Source: Wallemia ichthyophaga EXF-994 (taxonomy: Eukaryota; Fungi; Basidiomycota). Taken from it: a DNA stretch of 248,000 bases. The notes under the pieces were generated by a model that was given only the letters and a program-made list of their open reading frames with translations, had not been told where the DNA came from and made no database searches. The stretch is taken from the NCBI RefSeq assembly GCF_000400465.1, contig NW_008806284.1, positions 20,001 to 268,000 of the forward strand, given 5' to 3'. A program made the translations under genes and the position numbers. Shown here piece by piece: positions 192,183 through 206,109 of the stretch; position 1 is the stretch's first letter, and every line of letters starts with the position of its first letter.

Positions 192183-193748
192183 CCGTTCTTTGGGTGTTTT
192201 CCCACTTACGTTTTCTTTTTTCTTGTTTATTCATTTGCCTTGTTATTATAACACTCCTCTGTTCTCTAATTATTCCCTCCACGCTGCTTTCATTTCCCGC
192301 TGCACTGCAAAATCCTCGGCTGGAATGCTTCTCAAGCTTATCATACGCAGTATATCCGTTACCAGTCACAGCTCGCTCTCACTCACTCTCTCGCCCTCTC
192401 TCACCATGTGGAGACGCTGGTGGAGGCGTGCCTGACTTCCTATCCCGCCCCAACGCAATCTAACGCAATCACAGACGTGTTGGAGGCATGTAGCACACTC
192501 CACACTACCTGAGCTGACCATGAGCCTGAGCGTATCAGTAGCTCTGTCGTTGCACAACATTCTCCACGCGTTGTGCCATCTTTGTCTTGCAGCCGCGAGT
192601 GCCTTTTAGCAACTACAAATACACATATACTCCCTTTTCCACCTCAACACCGCCCAATGGCCACTTTTTCCTTACAGTCGACATTGAGTCCAGTAGTCCA
192701 GTGGAAGCCGTCCAATTTCACGTGTCCTTACGCAACATGCGTTGTGAAGGATTCTTACGTGTGTTGTGTGTGTTATTAGGTCTTTATCTGTTCAAACAAC
192801 CGAATCACACCATTGAATCGCGTGCCTGCCCTATTATCTGCCCATTTGAGCTCGTTGGAATGATGCTGATGCGGCTGTCACAATAGCAAGCTCAATGACG
192901 TGTTCGTCACAACACTGTAATCACTGCAGACCACGCCAGATTTGGGAAATTTGGAGCACCTAGCTGTTCGAGGAGGTCGAGGGTGCTTCTATTGCGACTG
193001 GCTCTGCCCTATACTCGGTACCGTTCCAGCCAGACAGGTATATCTCAAGAGAGAAATTCGGAATATATAGATGCACACTCATCATATCCCGCTTTCTGAG
193101 ATTCCAACGCAGCCTTGACCGCTTTCATACACCCATTATACGAAATTTCAAACTGCACCTGATCGACCCAAAACTCCGATTTCAGAGTTTGGCTGACCCC
193201 CTCTTTTCTCTGCATAAATAGCTTTTAAAAGGTATAAAGTGAGGTGAAACAGCAATGATTTTCTCCTGGTTTCGATTTTAAATCTTCTGGAAGCAACTCA
193301 AGTCGACTTGTCTGGGTGCGCAACACGCCTTTCGAGGGGTAAATACTTGAGCTTTTTGGAAACAAGCTGAAGCATATCAGCGGAGCCCTTGAATTATTTT
193401 GTATCTTCCTAATTGAAGCATCGGTATGTGGCGGTATTTGCACGATAGCTTGCTCAATGACGTATACGTCACAGCACCAAAACGATTAGCAATATAAACG
193501 TTCTTGGTTTCGTCATGTAGCGAGCAACTGTGTAAATAGGAGACAGGTAAGCTTTTCATAAATAGCCCAGTGATTTTTTCTGTCCTAGTTCAATTGCATG
193601 TGTCATTGTGAAGGAGTAGTGTAGTAGCTAAAAATATCTTAGCGTAGTAAACTGACTTCTGCAATTTCAAATTGGCCTCAAATCCCCCTTATCATGATAA
193701 GTCGATTTTCCGAAATGCACCTGGTCAAGCCAAACCCCCCTGATTTCG

Positions 193749-194139
193749 GAGTTTTCGATGACACCCACTTTTCTCTGCATACCTCTGTTTTTCCAAGCGT
193801 GAAGTGAGCGAAATGGCAAAAACTTTTCTTTGGTGCCAACTTTGAGTCGTGTAGACGCTACGCAACATAAAACGTTTTTCGCGTTTATAGGGCCAAATAT
193901 TTGAGATGTTTGGGTGCTTGCGATCTCTATAAATCAAAATGACTTGCTTTAATCGATTGAGCGCGTTATTCTCTCATTGTCTTGTTTATTTCGTGCTCTA
194001 AAGCAATTTAGATTTATTCCTTCCGATCAGCTTGCAAGGCGCGATAAGGAGCGCCAAGGATACAAGTTTGGCAAAGTCATATTCATTTCAATCATAGCTT
194101 CCAATAAAGCTATTTAATTTGGAGATCATCAATAGTCGT
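193749..194139 (+). repeat. Direct repeat A (391 bp), upstream of ENA
   Basis: Appears identical by eye to 198433-198823; a weaker match extends ~35 bp upstream. Confidence 0.95.
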
Positions 194140-194641
194140 TAGTCTTTCAGCCATATTGAGATGGCAGACGTCGAGGAAATCGGATATAGACGACAAAGAT
194201 AGCTCTGGGGTCCTCGGAATCCCATGAGAGTAATTGTCAAGCTATATTGCATGCAACGGGAGACGTTCATACCAAATTAATTGTTGCAAGGGTGTTAATC
194301 TGGCAAAAGTCTCTTCAATCAGTCAACTCTACCTTCAGATCCAATCCATTTGCCATCGCTTCGTTTTACTCCGGTCTTCATATTCCTGAAACATGCCAAG
194401 AATGCTCGGCACGCGCTACCCACTCACCACCAATAAGCCCAGCATTACAGCAAAGCTATAGGAAATGCTACGACTAAATACCTGAAGGCTGCTTTCTTCG
194501 AAATTTCACCACTTTAATTTCGCAAGCGTGCGAATAACCTGAATGATCTCCTCCAATACAAGTACCTCATCAACTGCCGAGAGCTATAAAATTTATAAGC
194601 AAAATTAAAATGCGCTCACTCCGCGAGTCATTCTCATCAAC

Positions 194642-197600
194642 AATGACAATGTTTTCAAACAAACAAACTGAAAAGTTCTCATCTACTGAAAAATCTGATC
194701 AAAGTGGGTATCGCGCGGGGTTGCTGCCGCATAGCTAAAGTTATCATACAGCTCCAGCTCATGTGAGAGACTCGTCCGACATTCTCCATGAACACAGCGT
194801 CGATCCTTTACTGGGCCTTTCTTTCGACAGGGTCGATCAACTGCAGAAAGAATTCGGTCCTAACAGACTGAGACCTCCGCCCAAGCCATCTTTACTAAAG
194901 ATATTCGGTACGCAGCTCGGTAACGCTGTAAGTCTTATTGTGATATCATCTCATAATCTCACATGTCGTCATTGCAGATGACACTGGTTCTGATAGCTGC
195001 AATGGCTGTCTCTTTCGGTACACAAGACTGGATCGAAGCAGGAGTTATTGCTGCTCTCGTTATTCTCAACGTCACTGTCGGATTTACCCAGGAGTGGAAG
195101 GCTGAAAAGACAGTTGCTGCCCTAGAAAGCGTGAGTGCTTTGGTCCGTACAAAATAGCCACACTCTGACTTACAAATTCAGGTCGGAAGTCCTGTCGCTG
195201 TTGTTGTACGCCACGATGCTTCAAACAAAGGTCGTGAAGGAAAAATTATCGATGTTCAAACCGACGAAGTAGTTCCAGGTGACATTATGATGGTTAAAAT
195301 CGGAGATATCATTCCTGCTGATGGGAGAGTTATTGACAATCACATCTCCAACCTGGAAGTAGACGAAGCCTTGTTGACAGGTGAATCACTACCAGTCTCT
195401 AAGCAAACTGAGACCCTCGATGACAAAACATGCCCGGTTGGTGATCGTATTAATATGGTTTTCTCCGGTAGTCAAGTGACAAAAGGCAGGGCTAGATGCG
195501 TAGTCACCTCGATAGGGATGAAAACTGAGCTCGGTGCTATATCCGAGGCTTTGGCAACGAAAGCTGATTCTAAGAAACGCGGCTGGAGAAGATTTTGGGA
195601 GAAGACCCAAGTTTTCTTAGGTGTTAAAGGTACAACGCCACTTCAAATCAAATTGAATAAGTTAGCTTATTTACTACTGGTATTAGCAATCATATTCGCC
195701 ATCGTCGTCGTTAGTTCGACTGGATACGTCGACATCCCAGATTCTACCGCAACTTACGCAGTCGCTACTGCTATTTCTCTTTTACCTGCTTCGCTCATTG
195801 CTGTAGTGTCGCTTACACTTGCAACATCTTCGAGAGAGCTAGCTAAGAGGAATGCATTGGTTCGTAAGATGGACGCTATTGAAACCTTGGCAGGGGTAAC
195901 GGATATCTGTTCAGACAAGACCGGTACAATCACTGTTGGAAGAATGGTTCTGAAGAAGGCCTGGGTACCTTCACGTTTTGAAGCACCGGATACCAAAGTT
196001 GGACAAACCTATGCCGTCGAATCGGGTAAAGATCCTTACTATCCAAGAGGCACAATACAAGCACAGGATGATAATGACGACGACAATGAAAGTGGTATAT
196101 CAGATAGCGATGCCGTTCATGTGAATGAATTGGATTCTTCATTCCAGGAACTCGTTCAATCGGCTGCACTCAACAATATGGCAACAATTTCAGCTAGTGA
196201 CGAAGGAGGGGACTGGGATGCTCAAGGAGATCCAACGGAAATCGCTTTACAAGTCTTCTCTCACAAGGCTGGCCACGGTAAACCTCACTTGACTCATCCA
196301 CCTAAACACAGAACAAAGAAGGAAGATCATCCTGCACCTAAAGCCGATGTAGACGGTCACTTTGAGATACTAATCGAACATCCCTTCGATTCATCTATAA
196401 AGAGAATGACTACCGCATGGAAGTTGGTTGGTGCTCAGGGCGGTGACGACGATGATTCCAAGCAACATATTTTCATTTACATGAAGGGTGCAGTCGAGAG
196501 GGTGTTAGAAAGATGTACACATGTTTCAATAGGTGATAAATCAATAGAGATGTCAGAGGAAGCCAAAGATGACATCATCAAGAAGATGGACCAATTAGCA
196601 GCTGAGGGTTTGCGTGTTTTGGCTCTGGCTGGAAGAACAGACCGTCTTTCAAATGCCCAGACTGTGAAGGAGACTAAAAGAGATGATGTAGAAAATTGTT
196701 TCGGACTGTTAGGCTTAGTTGGTATATTTGATCCGCCAAGACCTGAGTCTAAAGGGGCTGTCTACGATTCAAGACGCGCTTCGATAGTTGTGAGAATGCT
196801 TACAGGTGATCATGCAGCAACAGCTGCATCCATCGCAATGTCAGTGGGCATTCTAGATAAGAATCACTCAAAATCTGCTGTAATGACTGGCCAGCAATTT
196901 GATGCAATGACTGATGAAGAGGTAGATGCACTTGAAGAACTCCCCGTTGTGGTAGCGAGATGTGCTCCTGAAACTAAGACTGGATTCGTTGATGCCTTAC
197001 ATCGTCGCAAACGTTTAACTGTTATGACCGGTGATGGTGTGAACGATTCACCTGCATTGAAGAGAGCCGATGTTGGAGTCGCAATGGGACTTAATGGCTC
197101 AGATGTTGCAAAAGGTGCTGCCGATATCGTATTGGCAGATGATAACTTCTCAACTTGTGTTCGTGCAGTCAGAAAGGGTAGATCAGTTTTTACGAACTTA
197201 TCAAAGTTTCTGGTCTACTTGCTAGCTAGTAATGTGTCTGAAGTCTTGGTTTTACTCGTTGGATTAGCTGTTCGTTCTGATGGCGATGCTGTCTACCCTA
197301 TTTCACCAGTCGGTGCACTGTAAGTGGAGAGTATGCTATGTGGATTGTCTGACAAATATCAAAGCGTAATCAATACTCTTACTATTGGCCCAGTAGCTTT
197401 TGCTCTGGGTGTCGAGCCTACGGCAGATGACACTATGCTTCAACCACCTAGCAACTTCTTCACGATATTCACGCCTAGATGGTTTATGGATTTATTCGCC
197501 TTTGGAATTATGGCGGGTGCACTATGTTTTGCTAATTTCATTATTGTCATCTATGGAAGAAACGATGGCAATGAAGATGTTTCTGCAAGTTGCAACGAAG

Positions 197601-198107
197601 GTGCTGTCAATAGTGAATGTGAAGTGATATATAGGGCAAGAGCGGCAACATATGCCTCACTTTTGCTCATGCTGATGGTCCTAGCATTCGATTGCAAACA
197701 TAGTACTCGCAGGTAGGTAAATTGTAGTACTAAAGTCCTCATCCTAATAACCTATTGCAGCGTTTTCAAGATGAATCTACTAGACAACAAGCTTTTAATT
197801 TGGTCAGTTGCTCTGCTTTCGCTCAGTGTCTTTCCAGTTATCTACATTCCCGGTGAGGTGTATCTTCCTCTAACATCACATTCTCATATGATTATTAGTC
197901 ATTAAAGATCGCGTTTTTCAAGTTACTGGTATTGGCTGGGAATGGGGTATGATTGCGGCAACAGTTTTGGTTTACTTTGGTTACTTAGAAGTCTACAAAG
198001 CTATCAAGCGTTTGTATGAGAGAAGACTGATGAGAAATAGTGACCTGGAAAATTCAAATGGGAAGGAAATTCGAATGGCACCAACGATGGAGCCTAATAC
198101 TGTTTAA
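194642..198107 (+). CDS. ENA1: P-type IID (ENA) Na+/K+-exporting ATPase
   Basis: LTGES, CSDKTGT, MLTGDH, MTGDGVNDSPAL; TM4 ISLLPASL typical of ENA. Confidence 0.88.
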
Positions 198108-198432
198108 ATAAATTACACTATACTTATCGCTGACATAGTTGATATCTTCATGTCCACAGGCAGAGAGAGTAGGAGGCAATAAGTATCAATGTAAAGAAGC
198201 TTATTTTACCCTCTTGATCTGATTATGCGCGCTCATATCCTGATTGGCGTTGCGCAACGCTCTGTAATCGTTGAACCAATATTGGCATGTTGCGGGGATA
198301 GTGATTTGGAATTTCGAAATTATACATTCTTATTATAGGGACTTCTAAAATCCCAGCGCATCCTTAACCCCCTTCATACTTTCATTGCTTGACATAGCGA
198401 ATTGCATCTGGTCGAGCCAAACCCCGATTTCA

Positions 198433-198823
198433 GAGTTTTCGATGACACCCACTTTTCTCTGCATACCTCTGTTTTTCCAAGCGTGAAGTGAGCGAAATGG
198501 CAAAAACTTTTCTTTGGTGCCAACTTTGAGTCGTGTAGACGCTACGCAACATAAAACGTTTTTCGCGTTTATAGGGCCAAATATTTGAGATGTTTGGGTG
198601 CTTGCGATCTCTATAAATCAAAATGACTTGCTTTAATCGATTGAGCGCGTTATTCTCTCATTGTCTTGTTTATTTCGTGCTCTAAAGCAATTTAGATTTA
198701 TTCCTTCCGATCAGCTTGCAAGGCGCGATAAGGAGCGCCAAGGATACAAGTTTGGCAAAGTCATATTCATTTCAATCATAGCTTCCAATAAAGCTATTTA
198801 ATTTGGAGATCATCAATAGTCGT
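198433..198823 (+). repeat. Direct repeat B (391 bp), downstream of ENA
   Basis: Copy of 193749-194139, 4684 bp apart. Confidence 0.95.
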
Positions 198824-199352
198824 ATATCATCTGAGGTGGTAGAGGAGAATTCCAAGTTGGTGGGTATTGAGCGGAGGGTTGAAATGAGGATGCATTTGGA
198901 ATGCTGAAGCTGCAAAGGAAATAATGGTCTTGCTAAATTGTTGAAATTGTGAGTATATGATATGATATTTCCGCGTTTGTCTTCTCACTAACTTGGTAAT
199001 TTCCGGTTACCTTCAGCAGATCTAAATCAACAAAAATGGTTCATGATTTTGCAAGCTTCTGATATTTCTAACAAAAAGTGCTCAAAGCTCAATGTCATCC
199101 CACAATCACATCTTGAAGTCATCAGATATGTAGACACGATTTCCAGTTTGAGTGTTTGTGGGGTTTAACTTGAGGAATAGCTTAGTTCTATGTCCAAGCA
199201 CTTCTTAATTTTGAAACTGAGCGGAGGTAACGAAGGAAGAAGGCAGATTCAAGGCACAAAAAGGGATGAAAAGCACGAAGCAGCAGCCGGCTGGTAAACA
199301 ATCAAAATGATATTATTGTACATGGCCATCTGTATAAAAGTTAATTATTGTT

Positions 199353-200081
199353 TTAAATGAAACAACTGAAGTGCAAAACAAGGGAGATGGAAATAGTAGC
199401 GACAAAGGCGACGACGTGGGAGTGATTGTAGCCATTTGCATTTGATGTCTCAGAATCTAAATTGACTTCATCCTGTTTAGATCCACCACCGTTCTTGATT
199501 TTCTCTTCAGCCGCATCAGATGCAGGGTAGTTGTGATGCAAAGGCAGAGTATCTTGATCGATAGGACCTTCTCTAAGTGATCCGATACCCCATGGAGTAT
199601 CCTTTCCAGATTTAGGCTGGGTTTCGTGGGAAGGTGGTTCAGAATCGCCATTTTCACCTGTAATGGTAAATCTAGTCGACCATGCTTTGTCGGTTGCATT
199701 TTCAGAGTTGTAGAATTGCAAAAAGTAGATTTGGGAGTGTGGGGTGACTGTGTCTGGGAGTGTCCAATTTATTTTGCCCTGGTCCTTGTTTGGTACGCTA
199801 ATATTTTCTGCAACTTTGCCAACGAAGACCTGAGCGGTAGGTTAGAGTAATGTTGACAAGGTGATACCAGAACTCACCGTGTACAAATCAGGACCAGTCA
199901 TCAAATCAATAGAGAATTTATTCCATATTTCCGCTTTGTTTTCAGTATCGACATCAAATTTAATGGTCTGGTTGGATCCGACGGCCCATTTCGAGTCTGG
200001 AGAAGGTTCGGTGGGTAAGACTTTCGCTAAGACATTCGTTGAAAGAAGAGCAAGTAAAAGGTTTAGACAAAAGTATAACAT
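199353..200081 (-). CDS. Kre9/Knh1-like GPI-anchored protein
   Basis: Signal; PTEPSPDSKWAVG, IDLMTG; hydrophobic C-terminus. Confidence 0.7.
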
Positions 200082-200150
200082 GGTTGGTGTATAAGAGATA
200101 GCATTTCGAATATTGAGCAAGGTTTAGACTAAATCGGTAGATTGGAATGT

Positions 200151-201380
200151 TCAAATACTTGTAGATGACGTATGTGATGAGGCTTTGGTAGAAATATGTT
200201 TTACGAATGAGATAAATAGCTGAAAATCGAAGCCTTCGAGCCATCTAAAGTGTAGAGTGTTTGAATTGGGTTCGTGGCTCTCAATGGAAATGGATAGCTT
200301 CGTTGGATTAAAGTGAGGTGTGAGGGGGTTAGTAGCAGCTCTTCTAGAAGATCTTGACCATGAGTTGATCCCCATAATGATTACAAACACACTACCCTCA
200401 CTACGATGACTGATGTACACGCTTGATAGCTGATTGATTAAGGAGATCATCGCATCAAGGTTGATTGGGTGGTTGAGGTTGTGAGTGTGATGAGTGGAAG
200501 GTGGATTCAATTTGAATAGTGATTTGTTGTTCGATCTTGCTAGTGAGTTGTCCAATCTGTACGGCAAGAATGACCATGCTAGCAGCCACCTCAGTGTGTT
200601 ACCCCGATTAATAACGTTCAAAGCATAATTCGATATGTTGTGCTTATTCAAATATTTGATTAGGATTGATAGATTTGATTTTATGCCGATAAGTGTGGAG
200701 TACCAGACAACCTTGTGCTTAAGTTTGATCGACTGGTTTATGAGTTTTAAAATGAATCCAAGCTCACCGCCTTCTGTGTACAGCTCATTGGTAGATCCCA
200801 GATTCAGTCCACTCGGATGATTCGACTTGATATTCTGTCTACTAACCTGACCTGCATCGTAGAAAGGTGGATTCATTATCAAGAAATCAAATTGAGCGTG
200901 ATTGTCTGTTATTTCCGAGGGAATTAGATTGTTATCATCTCTATCTACACCAACCAGCTTAATCTTATCGTCCAAGTTGTTACGATCAATGTTGGAAGCA
201001 GCCAACTCTAGTGAGGAGTGATCGATATCGGTTGCATAAACCAAGCAATTGTCAAACAATCTAGCAGCTAGTATTGGATATATGGGGAGGTAACCAGTAC
201101 CGATATCGATCAAGTTGAACGTATCACCGGGGCTTACATGACTCCGCCATATACTCTTTATCCAATTCAGGTAGTCTAGTCTGTTGGGTATTGTAGGCAT
201201 GAGCTTGTTTTGCACTAGGCTAACTTGTAAATTAAAGTAAACCTTTAGTATAGCCAGTGTTAAGTGTTTTACAGACAATTCATCCTTGAAATTAATCTTG
201301 TTTTGTTTATTGACAAATGGCTTCAACTTGCTGTACCTTGCAGCCAGCCAATTAAAATCAATCTCATCCAAATTTACCAT
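200151..201380 (-). CDS. METTL16-family U6 m6A methyltransferase
   Basis: PTIPNRLDYLNWI, DIGTG, MNPPFY, TEGGE, WYSTLIG. Confidence 0.88.
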   Translation of the reverse strand: MVNLDEIDFNWLAARYSKLKPFVNKQNKINFKDELSVKHLTLAILKVYFNLQVSLVQNKLMPTIPNRLDYLNWIKSIWRSHVSPGDTFNLIDIGTGYLPIYPILAARLFDNCLVYATDIDHSSLELAASNIDRNNLDDKIKLVGVDRDDNNLIPSEITDNHAQFDFLIMNPPFYDAGQVSRQNIKSNHPSGLNLGSTNELYTEGGELGFILKLINQSIKLKHKVVWYSTLIGIKSNLSILIKYLNKHNISNYALNVINRGNTLRWLLAWSFLPYRLDNSLARSNNKSLFKLNPPSTHHTHNLNHPINLDAMISLINQLSSVYISHRSEGSVFVIIMGINSWSRSSRRAATNPLTPHFNPTKLSISIESHEPNSNTLHFRWLEGFDFQLFISFVKHISTKASSHTSSTSI

Positions 201381-201411
201381 TGTTTTATGTAAAGAAATTC
201401 AATAATCATAT

Positions 201412-202515
201412 TTAATGCTTAACAAGACAAAGGACATCCTCATCTTCTAATATATGGTCTAATCCGACCTTTTGACCTCTTGGATGTTTAGATGACTTGC
201501 CCCAAACAACGGCGTACTTGAGTTGCTTTGCGATTTCCTTGTGAATTGCATGTGCAAAGTGCTCAACAGTACATCTACCCTTTCTCAAAACAACTGGTGC
201601 CGTATAGTCTGGTGCTCTACCTTTGGGTCTTGTGTAAACTCTAACGAGCTGCAATCTCTGCCACATAATATCAATCAATTCATCAACGTTTAACCATTGT
201701 GACGATGAGATTGGAACAGAGTTTGGAATTTGATAGAGAAGATCCAATTCTTCAATTGAAATTGCATCAATCTTGTTTAAACAGTAGATGCAAGGGATGT
201801 ATACTCGGTTACCTTCAACAACATCAATCAGCTGGTCAACAGAGATATCCTCCCTAATCATAACATCGGCATTAGGTATTTTGTACTCTGACAAAACAGC
201901 CTTGATCTCTTCAGGTTCAATCTTTGTGAGTGGTACAGTGTTTGTGATAGCTATACCACCTTTTTCCTTCTTCTTTACTGAAATGTTTGGTGGTGATTGA
202001 TTTAGTCTAATACCGAAACCTTCCAATTCCCTTTCAATGACGCCCTTATCGTTTAATGGCTTCAATACGTCAAGTACAATGAAGATCAAGTTGCAAGTTC
202101 TTGAAACCGCAATGACTTGTCTACCTCTACCCTTACCATCTTTGGCACCTTCAATGATACCCGGCAAATCCAAAACTTGAATAGGTGCACCAAAAACATT
202201 CATTGTACCGGGAACAGTTGTAAGAGTAGTGAACTCGTAAGCAGCTGTCTCAGAGTGTGTGCCAGTTAATTTGGACATTAAAGTTGATTTACCAACTGAA
202301 GGGAAACCAATGAAACCGACTGAAGCTAAACCAGTCTTTGCAACATCGAAACCAACTCCAGGGCCACCACCACCAGAGGAAGAAGGAGTGAGAAGTTCCT
202401 TCTTGTATTTACTGAGCTTAGCTTTTAGCTGACCCAAATGGTAATTTGTGTTTTTATTCTTTTGAGTTCTAGCCATCTCATCCTCGATATCCTTAATCCT
202501 TTGTACCGTACTCAT
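201412..202515 (-). CDS. RBG1: DRG-family GTPase Rbg1
   Basis: [23 protein letters not shown] domain. Confidence 0.96.
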   Translation of the reverse strand: MSTVQRIKDIEDEMARTQKNKNTNYHLGQLKAKLSKYKKELLTPSSSGGGGPGVGFDVAKTGLASVGFIGFPSVGKSTLMSKLTGTHSETAAYEFTTLTTVPGTMNVFGAPIQVLDLPGIIEGAKDGKGRGRQVIAVSRTCNLIFIVLDVLKPLNDKGVIERELEGFGIRLNQSPPNISVKKKEKGGIAITNTVPLTKIEPEEIKAVLSEYKIPNADVMIREDISVDQLIDVVEGNRVYIPCIYCLNKIDAISIEELDLLYQIPNSVPISSSQWLNVDELIDIMWQRLQLVRVYTRPKGRAPDYTAPVVLRKGRCTVEHFAHAIHKEIAKQLKYAVVWGKSSKHPRGQKVGLDHILEDEDVLCLVKH

Positions 202516-202704
202516 TTTAAACTAATTTATTATGGTGGATGCTCACTCACAAGATTTGAATGAATACCTACGTCAGTTTCTAACTTTAAATAAATATAAA
202601 TTAACATTTAAAACAAAAACTACATTTTTAAATAAATTACTATAATATCCGCTGATCTCTGCTTCGAGCTATAAAATTTTCAATTTTCCTTCAAGACTAT
202701 GCTT

Positions 202705-204444
202705 TTATCCTGCTTGATTTGGTTGATTTGGTTGACCTGCTTGAACCGTTTCAGCCATTTGATTCGATTGTGCTGGTTGAACTACTGGGGCATGAAGAGG
202801 CGTCATTGACATAAAGCTGTGAATTGATTTTCCATTTGAATTGTTGCCCGGCGACTGTGGTGGACTTGCCCCAGCGCTGTTTGTCGCAGAGTTTGTCTGA
202901 CTATTAGGCAATGACCTTATCGCACTCTGCATAGGCGTTGATGAACTACCACTGATACTACTGCTTGGACTTGGATGGACGGGTTGAGGTGGCGACCTTA
203001 GTATCTCCTCTATCTTGTTTCTATTATCTAATGGCAGCGCTGGAGGTGGATTCGCATAACCCATCTCCTCCGTACCACCCATGGTCGAGCTCGATGTCGT
203101 TGACTGCGCTAACGGTGGTAGTCTAAAGTTGGTAAAGTGTACTGGAGAGCTTGCTCTGCTGACGTTTGGTGAATTGTGTGCTGATGTCGATGGTGTTCCT
203201 CCTCTGGAATTTAGATTGAAATAACTTGGCGTTGGATACACTCCCGTGCTTGTTTGATTTGGAAATAGGTTGAGCGATCTTAGTGGGCCCAGTACAGGTG
203301 AACTTGAAGGTGTAAACTCTATGCCGCCAGGAACAACAGGATAAGCACCTAAATTCTGCTGTATAGAACTCTGTTGCTTTGTAGGATTAAAAGTAGTTGT
203401 TTTTGCATCCTCTGTATCACTAAAGTCACTCTCTGCAGAACTAACAGGGCTAACTGTCTGTGACTGCTCTGCGGAGGAGGTATTGAAGGAAGCATAAGGA
203501 TGATAATTATGTCTATGGGTTCTAAGATGTGGAGGTTCAGTGAGAGTGTGCTCTCGTGCACTTAGAGTGCTAAGTTGATCACCTGAATAACTTTTATGGA
203601 AAGGCATAGAGGAGGTTGAAGGGGTAGTAAAAGAAGGTTGAAGTTGTGGCTGCATTTGATAAATGTTACCTTTGTTACCCTTCATCCGCTTAGATTGCTG
203701 TTCCATCTGTCTACAATCATCATGATCGCAGTTTATGTCATCGTTGAGACTAATCGCCGCCTGATTAAAGTCAGGATGATGACAACGAATTGGTTCTTGA
203801 GGTTGTTGATGTTGTTGCTTTAGGTTATAAGGCATATTATAGCGTTGTGCAGGAGGATTGAGGAAATTGAATTGATTGTTGTAAGGATTGAAAGAGGTGT
203901 TTGGAGAGCTTGAAGTGGAATTTGGCTGTGAGGAGATACCATCCTTGAGTTGCCTATGACGATATTCGTATTCAGCTCTTCTTACAGCTTCTTCTCTCTC
204001 TAATTCGTATAATTGATCAGCAGCTGCGGCGGCAAGAGCAGACATTTCATTAGCCGGCTGATAAGGAGTTGGAGGAAAAGAAGAAGTAGAAGAGTAAGCG
204101 TATGGGTTGAATTGGAGGGTAGGATTTGGGGGGATTGAGAGTGGATTAGCTTGTGCAGGGTTTTGAGTGCTGGGAGCTGATTGGCTGGGAGTAGCAGCGG
204201 AGTTAGCAGTAGCATTAACACTACCGCTACCGCTGCCACCGCCATTGCCATTCAAAGCCCTTTTACCTCTACCTTTAGGATTTGAATGAGTGCGCAGGTG
204301 CCTCGTAAGTTCATCTGATCTACTGAATCTTTTATGGCAGCCAGGGTGAGAGCATTGATGAGGCTTTTCACCTGTATGAGTTCTAATATGCCTAGTCTGT
204401 ATAAATCCAGTTAACGGCTTATCTAGTGAATGATATACGGCCAA
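202705..204444 (-). CDS. C2H2 repressor CreA/Mig1-like
   Basis: [31 protein letters not shown]; [10 protein letters not shown]. Confidence 0.85.
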   Translation of the reverse strand: MAVYHSLDKPLTGFIQTRHIRTHTGEKPHQCSHPGCHKRFSRSDELTRHLRTHSNPKGRGKRALNGNGGGSGSGSVNATANSAATPSQSAPSTQNPAQANPLSIPPNPTLQFNPYAYSSTSSFPPTPYQPANEMSALAAAAADQLYELEREEAVRRAEYEYRHRQLKDGISSQPNSTSSSPNTSFNPYNNQFNFLNPPAQRYNMPYNLKQQHQQPQEPIRCHHPDFNQAAISLNDDINCDHDDCRQMEQQSKRMKGNKGNIYQMQPQLQPSFTTPSTSSMPFHKSYSGDQLSTLSAREHTLTEPPHLRTHRHNYHPYASFNTSSAEQSQTVSPVSSAESDFSDTEDAKTTTFNPTKQQSSIQQNLGAYPVVPGGIEFTPSSSPVLGPLRSLNLFPNQTSTGVYPTPSYFNLNSRGGTPSTSAHNSPNVSRASSPVHFTNFRLPPLAQSTTSSSTMGGTEEMGYANPPPALPLDNRNKIEEILRSPPQPVHPSPSSSISGSSSTPMQSAIRSLPNSQTNSATNSAGASPPQSPGNNSNGKSIHSFMSMTPLHAPVVQPAQSNQMAETVQAGQPNQPNQAG

Positions 204445-204602
204445 CCAACCTGATGCTCCAAACGATAAAAAGCTCTATCACATAAAGGACACTTGTAAGG
204501 CCTTGGAATTTTGGATTTATCGACGTTAAGCGCTTCCTCGATTTGCTTTAATTTATATTTTTCATTTGACATGTTATGGTTGAGGTACAACAACAAGATA
204601 AT

Positions 204603-205200
204603 TTAATCAACGGCCGTTCTCTTCTTAGGGTTGACTGCGTTGGCTGTGTTGGCTGCAAAGCTCACATCCCCGTTATCTCCAGCAGGTACGGCCGCTTTCA
204701 AATGTCCCCAGCCGCCTCGGCCGCTATCATACTCCTGTCGGTATTCATCTCGGACTTGACCACCGGATCGACCACGTCCAAATTGACGACCATCTCTATA
204801 ACCTTGTGCATCTAAATCACACCTAATCATTCTCTCATCGAGTTTTGTACCGTTTATATACCTTAAAGCTTCAACTGCCTCTTGATGCGTATAATATTCA
204901 ACAAACGCAAATCCACAGGGCGTTTTAGTATTCCTATCTAATCCCATTATTATTCTCTTTATACCCTGTCCACTAGCCACTCTGCCGAACAACTCATATA
205001 TCTGTTCCTCTGTCGTGTAGAATGATAGATTCCCGCACTAAAATACATTATAAATATTAATATACTCATTTTCACACACTCACATACAGCGTCGTTGACC
205101 TATCAAGCATATCCCTCTGCTTCTCCGGGTCAATACTCGAACGCGTATCTTTATACGTTGAAGGTCCATCTAGGGGCTGTATAATTGAACTCATACTGTT
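204603..205200 (-). CDS. CBC2: Cap-binding protein CBP20
   Basis: [38 protein letters not shown]. Confidence 0.93.
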
Positions 205201-205390
205201 TATTTGGTTATTCTAATTATCCAATTGATCGACGTTGGTTGTGTGTGTTTAAGTGGTGTATTATGATTTTTCTGTTTTACTTGACAATTAATAGCCAGCA
205301 GCTATAAATTACTTGTCACTAGTATTTTTATATTTTGCTTGAAATTTAAAGATCTGTTGATCAAGAACTGCCATCCACACGATAACAAAC

Positions 205391-206077
205391 CATGTCTAGT
205401 CCGTCAACAGTACAATACCTGCTTCACCTAACATTTCCTCAGAATTAACCTATAGGCTATCAAATATCCCACACACAGCCACTATCAACGATGTAAAGAG
205501 AGTTATTGCTAGATCAACTAATATCAATCAAATCTCAGCGGATAATCATTTTATAAGTGGGTTTGCTACTATCCACAATACTACTCACTCACCCATCACC
205601 ACAGCTTCTTTCAGAAGTTCAAAATTCCCAAACTATCCAAACACAGCGACAATCAAATTCCTAAATCCAAAGCCAGCCGAGAATTTGAGGAATTCTTTAA
205701 AGACTATAAACACTCTCACTCTATCAACCTCTCAGATCAAGTGCCTACCTTTAGATAAGCCTAGCCAAGAAGACGTTTCTTTGACTCACTTTGAACCAGC
205801 AACCCACCCAGGCCAAATCGTTGTCTTGTCTGGTTTGCCTGCTAAAATCAACTCATTTGATATCCAATCCTATCTCAAACCTTATTATCTCGATAACTCC
205901 CCTAACTCCTCGGATCCCATCACCAACATACGCATTCCCTCCGATAAGTTCAGCAGCACCTCCAAATGGCTCGTCAGGCTCAACTCTGTATCTGAAGCTC
206001 ATCGCTTGGTGCGCAACCTCAATCAATCCAGCTGGGTCGATTCACATTATACGATTAATGCAAGAATAATTTATTGA
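205391..206077 (+). CDS. Hypothetical protein with RRM-like C-terminus
   Basis: IVVLSGLP..I..Y; KWLVRLNSVSEAHRLVR. Confidence 0.4.
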
Positions 206078-206109
206078 TCCGTTATCCACATATATAGACA
206101 TACACTTTG

